From IMG/VR virus record IMGVR_UViG_3300032136_000018, positions 1 to 28,329 of that record: a stretch of 28,329 bases of DNA; one strand, written 5' to 3'. The notes under the pieces were generated by a model. The model was not told the DNA's origin. It did not search any database and worked only from the letters and a program-made list of their open reading frames with translations. Positions within the stretch are counted from its first letter, which is position 1, and each line of letters starts with the position of its first letter. The DNA comes from a virus (Duplodnaviria > Caudoviricetes). A program made the position numbers and the translations under genes. Shown piece after piece: positions 15,520 to 24,861 of this stretch.

Positions 15520-16773
15520 CTAGTAGACAGTTGCGATCAGGTTGCAGGTCGGATGGTACAGAACGGGGAGCCCAGAGATACCGGCGATCACCGACACCTT
15601 TGGAGGATCACCGTCATCATCCACGATGACCTTCCCGAACGGACCAGGCTGCGCGTTCATGATGCCACCGTTGTAGGGGCTTGGAGTGGAGACGTACTCT
15701 GCGAATTCCGTCCCACCTGTGGTCCCAGGAGGCACCGCACCCATGAGCAACGCGAAGTTGTCAGGGATGAAACGCTTCTTGATGCGAACGGTGGACCCTG
15801 CCGGGAAGGTCACGGTTCCACCGATGGCAGCGTGCGCGAAGGAAAGACCGGTCGGTGTGACCGCAACCTTCACTTTGCCGCCAGGCAGACGGGAACCGCT
15901 CTTGTGGATGAGCGTCACCTCGTCGCCTGCATCGACGCCAGGATTCTCACTGACGACGAAGCTGGTGCTGATCGGTGTGACAGGGGTCTCCAGCTTCATC
16001 TTGAAGTAGTAGCCCTTGTCGTAGACCTTGTACTCATAGCCAGCGAAGGTCTTCATCATCTCGTTGAGGCGCGCAGTGTTCATCTCGGCTTTGCCGGTGC
16101 CGGTGTAGTGCGCCTCCGCGAGTTCACGGATCTTCTCGTTCTGAAGCAGAAGCTTCTCGACGGCACGAGTGAAGAGCATGTACTCAGGGTCGATTCCCTC
16201 GTCCCTGAACAGGTACGCCCACTCGATGATGTCGTCTATCGGGTCAGAGTTTGCCAAGTCGTCCCAGGTGTCAGTACCCGTGAGAGTTGGCTTGAAGTCA
16301 GCAGGAATGCCGTAGTCCACCGAGAACTGCACGTCGGTCTGATCGATGTCCAGCGTACCGAACACCATCTGCCATTTGCACCACTCGATCCTTGTCTCGA
16401 GGCGCATACGGAGACCGCCGACAACCTCGGCCACACGATCCTCGGCTTTCGCCAGATCAGAAGCAGTACCGATCTTGCGGATCACCTTGAGATCGCGCTC
16501 GCTCAGCACTGTCTTCTCTCTGAAGTGCGCCGGGGTGAACTTGAACTGGCTCTGCCCACGGAACTCGACCAGGGGCGACTCCGCTCCCTGTGCGACTGCC
16601 TGGGTCATGCCGCCGATGTTGTCACGAACATCGACGATCACTTCGTCAGTTTCCTGAGTGACCATCGGAACGATAGTCGTCAGATAATACTGACTGTCGT
16701 CTGGAATGATCTCATCCAGCAGCTTGGAGATGTGTGCTGGCTGGAGGAGTTCGTGATTTCTCAGATCGTCCAT
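15520..16773 (-). CDS. Major capsid protein (Phage_cap_E / HK97 fold) with inserted domain
   Basis: FTPAHFREK, RLETRIEWCKWQ, VDYGIP, W......DPIDDI, VYD..Y, RFIPD, DPP....A....LPVL..P motifs; follows protease and decoration genes; strong codon bias. Confidence 0.9.
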   Translation of the reverse strand: MDDLRNHELLQPAHISKLLDEIIPDDSQYYLTTIVPMVTQETDEVIVDVRDNIGGMTQAVAQGAESPLVEFRGQSQFKFTPAHFREKTVLSERDLKVIRKIGTASDLAKAEDRVAEVVGGLRMRLETRIEWCKWQMVFGTLDIDQTDVQFSVDYGIPADFKPTLTGTDTWDDLANSDPIDDIIEWAYLFRDEGIDPEYMLFTRAVEKLLLQNEKIRELAEAHYTGTGKAEMNTARLNEMMKTFAGYEYKVYDKGYYFKMKLETPVTPISTSFVVSENPGVDAGDEVTLIHKSGSRLPGGKVKVAVTPTGLSFAHAAIGGTVTFPAGSTVRIKKRFIPDNFALLMGAVPPGTTGGTEFAEYVSTPSPYNGGIMNAQPGPFGKVIVDDDGDPPKVSVIAGISGLPVLYHPTCNLIATVY

Positions 16774-16832
16774 TTTCTGTTACTCCTTTTCAACAGGCTT
16801 TCCTTCAGAATCAGTAGGTCTCCTCCAGACAC

Positions 16833-17246
16833 CTACTCGTTCTTGATGATGATGCGCTGTGCCTTGGCACGCTCAGTTGCATCGAAGTGGGTCAGAACGT
16901 AGCCGCTGTCATCCACCAGCTTGTCGGGCTTGAAGACGCCAGCGAGGTAGACCTTCGCCACGAGGTTTTCGCCAGCGCTGATATCCAGCGGCACAGCGAG
17001 AACCACCGCTTCCGCACCAGCGAGCGCTATCTTGGCAGCAGCATCGAACTGCGTGTAGCGATTGCTCACAGTCGGGTCGGGCCACAGGACCAGACCACGA
17101 CGGAGATCAGTTGTGACATCGTGCTGCGTATCACGGCAGCTCGCGTCGATGGTCACAGACTGCTCGACGAGGTTTTCTTTGGAAGCAAGGATCTCCTCGC
17201 TGAGACCCGTGCCGTCAAAGCCATGGTATCCGTACACGTCACTCAT
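16833..17246 (-). CDS. Head decoration protein (lambda gpD-like position)
   Basis: 137 aa between scaffold and capsid; LRRGLVL, AVVLA, VYLAGVF...L motifs; GGAGG SD. Confidence 0.7.
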   Translation of the reverse strand: MSDVYGYHGFDGTGLSEEILASKENLVEQSVTIDASCRDTQHDVTTDLRRGLVLWPDPTVSNRYTQFDAAAKIALAGAEAVVLAVPLDISAGENLVAKVYLAGVFKPDKLVDDSGYVLTHFDATERAKAQRIIIKNE

Positions 17247-17319
17247 CTCGTTCCTCCGGGTTTCTTCTCTTTTTCTTCACAGAAGAACAGAAGAATGTTC
17301 AGTAAGCCAGGTCTCCTAC

Positions 17320-17985
17320 CTACTGAACGTCGTCTGCGCTTTTCACCTTGTAGCCAGCCCTAGAGAGAGCACGAGCACGACGCTTGGGATCGTCGATGTT
17401 GACCGGCTCTTCTTTATCCGAGAGCTTGACTTCTGCCTTGGTTGTGACAACAGGGGCGTCATCATTCTCACCCTTCAGGTTCTCGCTCAGCTTGACGCGA
17501 CGCTCCTTCGGGATGGTCTCCAAGATATCTTTGAACATCTTCTCGATGTTCGCTTCCACTTCCTTCTTCTCTTCGCCTTCACCCTCGCTGAACTTCATCG
17601 TGAAGCTGCCCACGTCTGCAAACATGTAGCGCTTGACGACTTCGATAGTCGCAGGAAGGTGATCCTCTTTCTCAAGGGTCTCACAGAAGAGACGAATCTG
17701 TGCCTGACGACGCTCTTCGTCTGCGACAGCCCAACGAGATTCCATCTCATCGAACTTCTTCTTCTGCTCCTCGAGAGCCTTGTTCTGCTCGTCGATCTTC
17801 TTCTGCTGCTCTTCGAACTTCTTGGCCTGATCGTCAGCGAATGCCTTCGCCTCATCATCAGCCTTCTGCTGAGCAACCTTGATGGTTGTGATCTGCTCGG
17901 TGTATGCCTTGGCGAGTTCGGAGTCCTTGTCGTCCAAGGCGTCGAGCTTCGTCTGGACATCTTTGATCATCTGCTCAAAGTCCAT
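17320..17985 (-). CDS. Nested in-frame scaffold protein (internal start, 221 aa)
   Basis: AGGAG 8 nt upstream of in-frame ATG (Met454, MDFEQMIK); GC and codon usage shift to capsid-like values here. Confidence 0.65.
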   Translation of the reverse strand: MDFEQMIKDVQTKLDALDDKDSELAKAYTEQITTIKVAQQKADDEAKAFADDQAKKFEEQQKKIDEQNKALEEQKKKFDEMESRWAVADEERRQAQIRLFCETLEKEDHLPATIEVVKRYMFADVGSFTMKFSEGEGEEKKEVEANIEKMFKDILETIPKERRVKLSENLKGENDDAPVVTTKAEVKLSDKEEPVNIDDPKRRARALSRAGYKVKSADDVQ

Positions 17986-19344
17986 GTTGCCGACTCCTTC
18001 TTCTTTTGTTTCTGGTTCTGGTGTTGCTGCTGGTGCAGCATCAAGGGACTTCAACACCTCATTGGCATGAGCCAAAAGGTGCGCCTTCGCCTTGGCGATT
18101 TCAGCAGGGGTAAACCCCTTGATCTGATTCCACTGCGCCAAAGCCTTCCTGAGAGCCCTGATATCTACAGAGCTGTCCTCTGCATGAGACTTGACATCAG
18201 GTTTGTGGTGAGACAACGCACGCTTCACCACATTCCCTGCCTTGTCTTTATTCATCAGGGCAAATGATGCATCAGGAAGCGTACTTTCAGGCGGTCGAGA
18301 TGTTGTCTCGGCTAGATCTATTTTCTTTTCTTTTATAGCTGTGTCCAGTCTGGTAACGATTTTTTCAATTTCCTCTTCGCTCACCTCCTCGTCACCAACA
18401 ACTTCAGTGAAAGTTTTGACCGGGGCACCATTCGTGACGGGCTTAGCACTCCTGAAACCCAAGCCATCTTCACTGAGCTGCACTGCCAACATGCCCGAGA
18501 TGTAGGGGCGATTGGTGACGCCACCCCCCATCAATGTGGGACCGTACTCTTTGAGTTTATCTGTGTTGCCGTCGTTGACTTCTTGCTCTTTGTAGTTGTC
18601 GTGAACCTCGGATGAGAAATACTTGAACCGCTTCTGGCGGATCATCTTCTCTCCATCCTCGGTGAACTCAACTTCGGCTTTCAGCACCCAACGACGTTTG
18701 CCATCGAAGAATTTTCTCAGGCTCATGCTCAGTTTAGTCACCCATGCGACTGCACCGAACCATGGCATGTGTTGAGCGTCAAAGGAGATGTCGCGATGAA
18801 TGATATTGTTTGCAAAGTTTTGAATACAGCTTGTAAAATATTTCTTATCAAAAACAATAGTTCCGTACCATGGATGCGCCCAAGTTCCAGAACGAAGAAG
18901 TTCCAATTGGGAAATTGCAGCTTTGTATTCGTCACTATCTTCGTCTTCTGCTTCGTCGTCTTCGTTTTTCTTTTTCTTCTTACAAGAAGAGGCTAAGCTG
19001 ATCTCACTGAGGACCAGGAAGCCACTCATACTTTCATCTTCCATTCCATTTTCATCAAAGAATAAATCGTAGCCAGGCTCGTCACTCGTCTCTTCAAAGA
19101 CGTGATCTTCCATTCCTTCAATTTCAGAAAGTTCAATCATCCCATCTTCGTCGATGGAGATAGCAATGCTCTCAGGCAGATCATATAGAGTAGAGAAGAT
19201 GTCTGCTTCTGAGTTCTTCTTTTTCTTCTGAGAAGCTTGGCAGATTGCCCACGCAGATTGCTCGCGTGTTTTCTTATTCTGGTTTGGCCTGAACTTAGGA
19301 TCTTTCAGAAGATCTTGGACACATCTATCGACTTTCGCTGGCAT
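17320..19344 (-). CDS. Prohead protease/scaffold fusion (Mu gpI-like protease)
   Basis: LLRSGTWAHPWYG, ISFDAQH, AVAWV, AEVEFTEDG...I....FKYFSSE, LMGGGVTNRPY; C-terminal coiled-coil scaffold. Confidence 0.85.
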   Translation of the reverse strand: MPAKVDRCVQDLLKDPKFRPNQNKKTREQSAWAICQASQKKKKNSEADIFSTLYDLPESIAISIDEDGMIELSEIEGMEDHVFEETSDEPGYDLFFDENGMEDESMSGFLVLSEISLASSCKKKKKNEDDEAEDEDSDEYKAAISQLELLRSGTWAHPWYGTIVFDKKYFTSCIQNFANNIIHRDISFDAQHMPWFGAVAWVTKLSMSLRKFFDGKRRWVLKAEVEFTEDGEKMIRQKRFKYFSSEVHDNYKEQEVNDGNTDKLKEYGPTLMGGGVTNRPYISGMLAVQLSEDGLGFRSAKPVTNGAPVKTFTEVVGDEEVSEEEIEKIVTRLDTAIKEKKIDLAETTSRPPESTLPDASFALMNKDKAGNVVKRALSHHKPDVKSHAEDSSVDIRALRKALAQWNQIKGFTPAEIAKAKAHLLAHANEVLKSLDAAPAATPEPETKEEGVGNMDFEQMIKDVQTKLDALDDKDSELAKAYTEQITTIKVAQQKADDEAKAFADDQAKKFEEQQKKIDEQNKALEEQKKKFDEMESRWAVADEERRQAQIRLFCETLEKEDHLPATIEVVKRYMFADVGSFTMKFSEGEGEEKKEVEANIEKMFKDILETIPKERRVKLSENLKGENDDAPVVTTKAEVKLSDKEEPVNIDDPKRRARALSRAGYKVKSADDVQ

Positions 19345-19359
19345 CGTAGACTCCTATGT

Positions 19360-20979
19360 TCAGGCGCGCTCTCTTGAGCGTCTCTCGCGACGAGTGCGAT
19401 CCTTTCGAGGCGTCGCATCCTTGTTGTTTTTATCTATCTTATCTTTTTTATCTGAAGGCGTGTCACCTGATGATTCTTCATCAGAGACATCATTAGAACC
19501 ATCATTATTACCACCATCGATATCCAATGGCAAGAATTGAGTCATTGATTCTGAACCAGGAATCTCGAGGAATTTGGAAATCTCTTTCACGGATGGCAAC
19601 CAGTTTGGCCAATTGCCATCACGCATGGCTCCTGAGTAGACCATGAGCATTCTAATCAGCACGTCCTTCATCAAGACACGCTTGCTGTAATTCAGCTTCT
19701 CTATCTTAATAGCACAAGGTACTATCTTGCTTGGAGGGAAGTTGTATTGAACGATATCAGGTATGACCTGAGTGTTCAGACAATCCTCAATGAATTGAGT
19801 GAGAGCTTCTTCTTCCAGAAGGTGAACATCAGTGTGACCTTCTGTTGTGGCGTTGGTCGATGCACCTTCAGCTGTTCCAACCTTGTCTGGAACAAAGAGG
19901 CCACGGAGCTTCAGAAGATTGAGATAGCGAAGAACCTCAAGGAAAAGTTCGCCACGCTGCTCATCTTCGATAAGCTCGAGGTTCCAAAGCTCGTTGCCGT
20001 TCTTGTCAAATTGTGATGGGATTGCTACTGCTGAGTTCGAAACAAGAGCGTAAGCTGCATCCAAAATCACATCAATGTTTGCAATTTTTTCACCATCTGC
20101 TTTTGTTGTAGAACCAAATGGTGCTTTTCCAACTGCTGCTGGAGCGCCACGACGCTCGAGATATCGCAGCATGAATTGAACAACGATTTGATACCAGTAC
20201 CACGCTTGATAGATGTTTTTGTAACGAGAACTTCCAAAGAAATTTCCATACTCATCGTCTAACGCAAACCAAACCATATCTTTGATATGGACTTTCGGAA
20301 CTCTCTTACCTTTGAAATCGTAGTAGTCTTGAGTTTGAGTGACATACTCAATATCTTCTGACTTTTCTTCTCTAATAATTCTAACTGACTTTGGATGAAT
20401 AAACTTAATCTTTTTAGGAACAACAGTATAACGATTATAAATAGTAGCATTCTTTCCATCGTCACCTTCTTGATCGATTCTTAATTTGACCTTTTCCCAA
20501 ACTTTCTCACCAGTTGCAAAACCAAACTGGACTGCGCGAAGCATCGACTTGACAAGCTTCTTGTAGATGGGACGCATACAGGCATCGACAACTGCTGCTA
20601 TCTTTGGATTGGAACATTCGATTCGATAATTTTGAGCCAGAATAGGAAGCTCGATGAGGGCAGTGCCAAGAGCGATCTGAGGATCTAGCCTCATTTTTTC
20701 ATAAGTAGAAATTGGAATTCTGTCAGGATTGTATTCTCCAATTCCTGCTTGCTTCTTCGCTACTCTCATCAAGTTAGGGTTACGATACCTAACTTTTGCT
20801 TCACCAAATTTTGGTTCTCTACCATTGTTCGCATCAACCAATCCATTTGCTAATTCTTTGTAGTCAGACATTTCTATCTGACCTTCGAACATTCCAAGAA
20901 TATTCTTCGCTATTGGAGGAAGCGACGATATCTCATTTTCGCTTGGGAACGGTGTTCTCAGAACATGAGCTTGTTGCAT
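19360..20979 (-). CDS. Portal protein (DUF935 / Mu gp29-like)
   Basis: YEKMRLDPQI, AVQFGFATGEKVW, GNFFGSS, YLERRGAP..VGK, H........I...LN.QVIP.IV.YNF; lies between terminase and protease. Confidence 0.88.
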   Translation of the reverse strand: MQQAHVLRTPFPSENEISSLPPIAKNILGMFEGQIEMSDYKELANGLVDANNGREPKFGEAKVRYRNPNLMRVAKKQAGIGEYNPDRIPISTYEKMRLDPQIALGTALIELPILAQNYRIECSNPKIAAVVDACMRPIYKKLVKSMLRAVQFGFATGEKVWEKVKLRIDQEGDDGKNATIYNRYTVVPKKIKFIHPKSVRIIREEKSEDIEYVTQTQDYYDFKGKRVPKVHIKDMVWFALDDEYGNFFGSSRYKNIYQAWYWYQIVVQFMLRYLERRGAPAAVGKAPFGSTTKADGEKIANIDVILDAAYALVSNSAVAIPSQFDKNGNELWNLELIEDEQRGELFLEVLRYLNLLKLRGLFVPDKVGTAEGASTNATTEGHTDVHLLEEEALTQFIEDCLNTQVIPDIVQYNFPPSKIVPCAIKIEKLNYSKRVLMKDVLIRMLMVYSGAMRDGNWPNWLPSVKEISKFLEIPGSESMTQFLPLDIDGGNNDGSNDVSDEESSGDTPSDKKDKIDKNNKDATPRKDRTRRERRSRERA

Positions 20980-20988
20980 CGCTAGCCT

Positions 20989-23004
20989 CTAGAATTTATG
21001 TGGAACAGCGTCAAAGAATTCGCCATGAAAAGCGTCCCTGCCGCTGAGCAAATCGCTCTTGTGGATTCTGCTCTTCACTAACTGCATAGTAGGTGCCATT
21101 GGATTGTCAGCTATTCTAATGATTGAATCGCCATTATGCAAATTTGATGCAAAACTTCTGCTATTGCCGATACCAATTATTTTTCCTGATTGAATAATGT
21201 TGTTTCTATCGTATTCATTACCACCAATACTTGCTAAGGCTTTAGACCAGAACTTATCACCATGATGTTTTCTGGATTTTTCAGCACCAAATTTTACATT
21301 TGCTGCCTCAGTAACAGTCTTCTTGATGCTATGGATTTGCTTTATCGACTTGGAATCATTCAGCAAAGCAATGGTTCTGTCTTCTAATCTGAAGCGGAAA
21401 TTCTTAGCCATGCGTGCTTTTGATTCAGGAGAAAAGTTCATCGACTCAATAACCTGTGGAAATTCAAATGCCAACGTCTCAGCTATGTCTGCACCATGCG
21501 AACCTTCTGTTCCGTCGATAGTAGCCTTGACAATTGGAAGCTTCTTGATTAGCAGCCTGACTGCTTCTTTCTGGATTCGATACGGTATATGAATCAGCTC
21601 TATCATCAACCTTTCGATATGCAGGTTGTACGTATCTAAGTCATGTTCCTCTAGTACGCTAATCTCTGAGCTATCTCTCTTCCGTCCAATATCCATTCCA
21701 AGAAGAAGATTTCTTCCAAAGCCTTCAACCTGCATTGCCAACAGAAGCTTGTCTACCATCTCTTCGATACCATCAAGAATTGTATTCTCATCATGGAATG
21801 AATTAGTATCGCAGTACCAATGAATATTCTCATCCTTGTAGTGGTTCATGATGGTGTCAGGCATCACCAAACCACTTTCACCCTTGACCGGAGCGAAGCC
21901 TACAGGAATCTCATCTGGATCGATATTGCCCTCGAGCAGCAAACCGCTTTCATCTTCAAAGACACAAGTGCGAATCATGTCCAACGGGAAGTAGGAATAG
22001 CTTTCGTCAGCCGTGTAGAGTTCGTACTCCTGTTGGAAATCTTCTTTGTCGATCATCGACTTGAAGATCATCTTCAATTTCTGAGTACCGAATACGCTGA
22101 CTCGCTCATCAGTCTCCATGAAAGGAGCGAGCTTTCTTGCTTCAGGAACATTGGTACAAAGAATTGGGCAATACCACCAAGGAATTTGTATACGTGAATA
22201 GTAAGGGAATGCTTCCCTATTATTCATAATCTCATAATGAAGAGTGCCCTTACCAAGTGGAGTAGAACCAACAGTGATTGTTCCTGAACCTCTGGTAATA
22301 ACAGGAACGGCAGCTGTGTAAATTTCTTCTGCCCACATCATGTGAGCAAACTCATCAAGAAGAATATCTGTGTTGTTACCCTTACCACGAGGTTGACGCT
22401 GGGCGAAGCTGAGAATTCTTGTGCGTCTACCTTTGTATTCGAACTCTAATGATTGCTTGTTCTCAACAGCACATTTTCTTTGATACTCTGTTGGCATCGA
22501 GTGATACAAATATTTTGCGAAGTAAATTTTTTCATTCGCTTCTTCTTTATCTTTTGAAATAAAAATTGTTGTCTGGACTAATTTCAAATGGCTTTTAGCT
22601 AAGGCTTCTCCAGCCTTACCGTAACTGAAACCAGTCTGCCTGGCCTTGTCCACACCTTTGAAGATTGATTGGTCGAGAAGATGTTCATCTTGGTAGTCGT
22701 AGAGCGCAGTAGGATCGCCATCTGCATCCTCGGTCAATGCAGCAAGCCACCCCGGAGGAGTGGACATCCACCTGTCCATCGTTTCCTGGTCAAGCTCTTT
22801 CTTGACTATTATCCGATAGCTAGGTGGAGTCCATCCTTCTGGTTTGGGAAAGCGTTTTACTGGTCGGGGAAAGCGCTTGGGTTTTTCTTCAACTGATTTA
22901 AGTTTTCTTTTCTTCGATTTTTTCAGTTGTTTTTTCTTCGATTCAACAGCTTCATCAAAGTGTGATTCTATACTATCTTTTATGTCCGAACTAATTGATA
23001 ACAT
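20989..23004 (-). CDS. terL: Terminase large subunit (Mu gp28-like, Terminase_6)
   Basis: LYDYQ Q-motif, KARQTGFS Walker A, ILLDEFAH Walker B, STP motif, FQQEYE, nuclease GMDIGRKRD and HGDKFWS.ALA. Confidence 0.93.
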   Translation of the reverse strand: MLSISSDIKDSIESHFDEAVESKKKQLKKSKKRKLKSVEEKPKRFPRPVKRFPKPEGWTPPSYRIIVKKELDQETMDRWMSTPPGWLAALTEDADGDPTALYDYQDEHLLDQSIFKGVDKARQTGFSYGKAGEALAKSHLKLVQTTIFISKDKEEANEKIYFAKYLYHSMPTEYQRKCAVENKQSLEFEYKGRRTRILSFAQRQPRGKGNNTDILLDEFAHMMWAEEIYTAAVPVITRGSGTITVGSTPLGKGTLHYEIMNNREAFPYYSRIQIPWWYCPILCTNVPEARKLAPFMETDERVSVFGTQKLKMIFKSMIDKEDFQQEYELYTADESYSYFPLDMIRTCVFEDESGLLLEGNIDPDEIPVGFAPVKGESGLVMPDTIMNHYKDENIHWYCDTNSFHDENTILDGIEEMVDKLLLAMQVEGFGRNLLLGMDIGRKRDSSEISVLEEHDLDTYNLHIERLMIELIHIPYRIQKEAVRLLIKKLPIVKATIDGTEGSHGADIAETLAFEFPQVIESMNFSPESKARMAKNFRFRLEDRTIALLNDSKSIKQIHSIKKTVTEAANVKFGAEKSRKHHGDKFWSKALASIGGNEYDRNNIIQSGKIIGIGNSRSFASNLHNGDSIIRIADNPMAPTMQLVKSRIHKSDLLSGRDAFHGEFFDAVPHKF

Positions 23005-23020
23005 GAAGCACCAAAAACCA

Positions 23021-23308
23021 TCACTTCGTTTGCAGGTACTTGTGTGCTTCTTTGGTCTTCTGTGAAAGAACTGAACGATGCTTTCTGCGCGCGACCGGAT
23101 GCCCAGCGAGCTTCGATTTCTTCTTCGCTGGTGGGGTTGCTCTCTTGACCGCTGGTGGTGGGGGCTCGGGCATTGTCTCCTCGAGCTTCATAGCCTCTGG
23201 CTCTTCCATCACCTTGGCCTTCTCATCTTCCTCCACAGGAGCCTCCTCCTTCTTCTTCCTGCTGAAGATCCTTGTTGAGATGCCTTCTTTTTTTTCTTCG
23301 TCACTCAT
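23021..23308 (-). CDS. Low-complexity charged hypothetical protein (95 aa)
   Basis: True start is probably MSDEEKK at 23308 (AGGAGG SD, overlapping the terS stop) rather than 23422. Confidence 0.55.
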   Translation of the reverse strand: MSDEEKKEGISTRIFSRKKKEEAPVEEDEKAKVMEEPEAMKLEETMPEPPPPAVKRATPPAKKKSKLAGHPVARRKHRSVLSQKTKEAHKYLQTK

Positions 23309-23807
23309 TTGTACCCTCCTTCTTTGGTTCATCCTCAGATGGCATCTCAACCAAACTGAGATGCTGTTGTCCTTCTTTCTGTGCCTTCTTATATCGTTCA
23401 AGCAGAGCATCTTGTAGCTCATGCTTGTGAGTCATCTCGCCTCTAGATGTAGCATCACCAGGAGTATCGACTCTGATTTCATTGTTCACTTCTCGAATCT
23501 TGCTAAGTAATGTAGTCAGCGGAATGTCTCTCAATTCACGAGTGTTTGCTATTCTATTGTGCGCTTCTTCATATAGCCTGCCCGACAGAATTTTGTTCTG
23601 TTTTGCACGCCATTTTGCATCAATGCCTTCAACCCTTTGCATAGCCTTCTCAAGCTCGGCTGCAAAGTCGGGTTGTTTCATCCACTTACGGAGCGTCTTC
23701 TTTTTGATGCCAAGTTCGCGCGCAACGGCTTCTTCATCTTGTTGACATGCAACAAGAAGGTAAATTGCTCGCCTTTTGCGGAATGCGTTTCTTTGTTTCT
23801 TGAACAT
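23301..23807 (-). CDS. terS: Terminase small subunit (N-terminal HTH)
   Basis: EEAVARELGIKKKTLRKWMKQPDF helix-turn-helix followed by helices; first gene of the operon, upstream of terL; AGGAG SD. Confidence 0.7.
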   Translation of the reverse strand: MFKKQRNAFRKRRAIYLLVACQQDEEAVARELGIKKKTLRKWMKQPDFAAELEKAMQRVEGIDAKWRAKQNKILSGRLYEEAHNRIANTRELRDIPLTTLLSKIREVNNEIRVDTPGDATSRGEMTHKHELQDALLERYKKAQKEGQQHLSLVEMPSEDEPKKEGTNE

Positions 23808-23890
23808 TTGGAATACTCCTATGAATAAATTCTATAAGAAAAAAGGACTCATCGCAAGGTGCGATTGTGGTATATATGTAGTGAAACCTC

Positions 23891-23919
23891 ATACTATACA
23901 GAAACGTTCTTGAAGTCAA
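23891..23919 (-). promoter_or_regulatory. Sigma70-type promoter for the morphogenesis operon
   Basis: Minus strand TTGACT-N17-TAGTAT in the divergent intergenic region, ~85 nt upstream of terS. Confidence 0.55.
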
Positions 23920-23934
23920 AAAGAGGCAGAGATT

Positions 23935-24861
23935 ATGCATAGGGTTGTGCTTGTGGATGGGAATGCCCTGGCATTCAGGAGTCTCTTCTCCCATGAGACT
24001 CTGACCACCAAGCTCAAAGGCAAAGTGGTCTTCACTGGCATGGCTTTCGGGTTCTTAAAAGGGCTCCTAAGTATTATCGAAGAAAAAACCTTTGATAAAA
24101 TTGTGGTCTTTTGGGACGGTGGTTCCGATAGAAAAAAAGAGATCTTCCCAGACTACAAAGCCAATAGAAAACTCAATACAAAAAAGATGAAGTACAGGGA
24201 CATAAAAAATTCCTTAAAAACATGCAGACGACTCATGAAGCTCATTGGTATCGAGCAGTACCGGGTGAAGGGAGAGGAAGCGGACGACTTGATCTCGAGC
24301 TACATCGCCCAGCATAAGGACGAGTGGGAGCAATTCGTCATCTACTCCAACGACCACGACTTCCTGCAAATGCTCCGCATGAAGAAGGTGAGGGTGCTCC
24401 AGCGTAGGTCTGGTGAGAGTCGATGGTGGACCAAGAAGAAGTTCATCAGGGAGTACGAATACAAGAAGAGTCGTCTAGGCTTTCACCCGAAATATTACCC
24501 TCACTTTCTAGCAATCGTAGGCGACTCCACAGACAACATCCCTGGCATCAAAGGGATCGGACCACAGACAGCAGTAGATATCTTCAGTCAGGTTAACTCT
24601 CCAACGTTGGAAGAAATTGAAAGTGAAATCCATACAATGGTTCTGACAGAAAATGTGAGAACCAAACTAAAAGAAGGAATGGAAATAGCTAGAATGTTTC
24701 TTAGTATTATCACACTCAAACTAGACCTAGAGCTAGTACCTCTCGAGACACCAAGGCAAAGACCAAGAAAGTTGCTTGATTTGATGATGGCGCTAGAATT
24801 TAGAAGTATCTACGAAAACGAAAACGATATGTCTGAGCTATGTAACTTAGGAGAACGATGA
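23935..24861 (+). CDS. 5'-3' exonuclease / flap endonuclease (PolA N-terminal-like)
   Basis: LVDGN, VFWDGG, YKANR, EADDLI, SNDHDFLQ and GDSTDNIPGIKGIGPQTA (H3TH) motifs. Confidence 0.93.
   Translation: MHRVVLVDGNALAFRSLFSHETLTTKLKGKVVFTGMAFGFLKGLLSIIEEKTFDKIVVFWDGGSDRKKEIFPDYKANRKLNTKKMKYRDIKNSLKTCRRLMKLIGIEQYRVKGEEADDLISSYIAQHKDEWEQFVIYSNDHDFLQMLRMKKVRVLQRRSGESRWWTKKKFIREYEYKKSRLGFHPKYYPHFLAIVGDSTDNIPGIKGIGPQTAVDIFSQVNSPTLEEIESEIHTMVLTENVRTKLKEGMEIARMFLSIITLKLDLELVPLETPRQRPRKLLDLMMALEFRSIYENENDMSELCNLGER

Noticed and set aside
15478-16902. 474-aa plus-strand ORF, and similar ones at 17062-18267, 92-865, 7716-8354 and 8463-9152
   Set aside because: They are antisense shadows of GC3-biased structural genes, with no recognisable motifs or SD.
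21690-21970. Possible intein in terL (CVFEDESGLLLEG resembles intein block A)
   Set aside because: The acidic insert before the GMDIG nuclease motif is only ~90 aa, with no TxxH block and no His-Asn/Cys-Ser-Thr junction. It is better read as a linker insertion.
23309-23422. Longer start for the ORF between terS and terL given in the ORF track
   Set aside because: It overlaps terS by 122 nt, while a strong AGGAGG SD supports the ATG at 23308.
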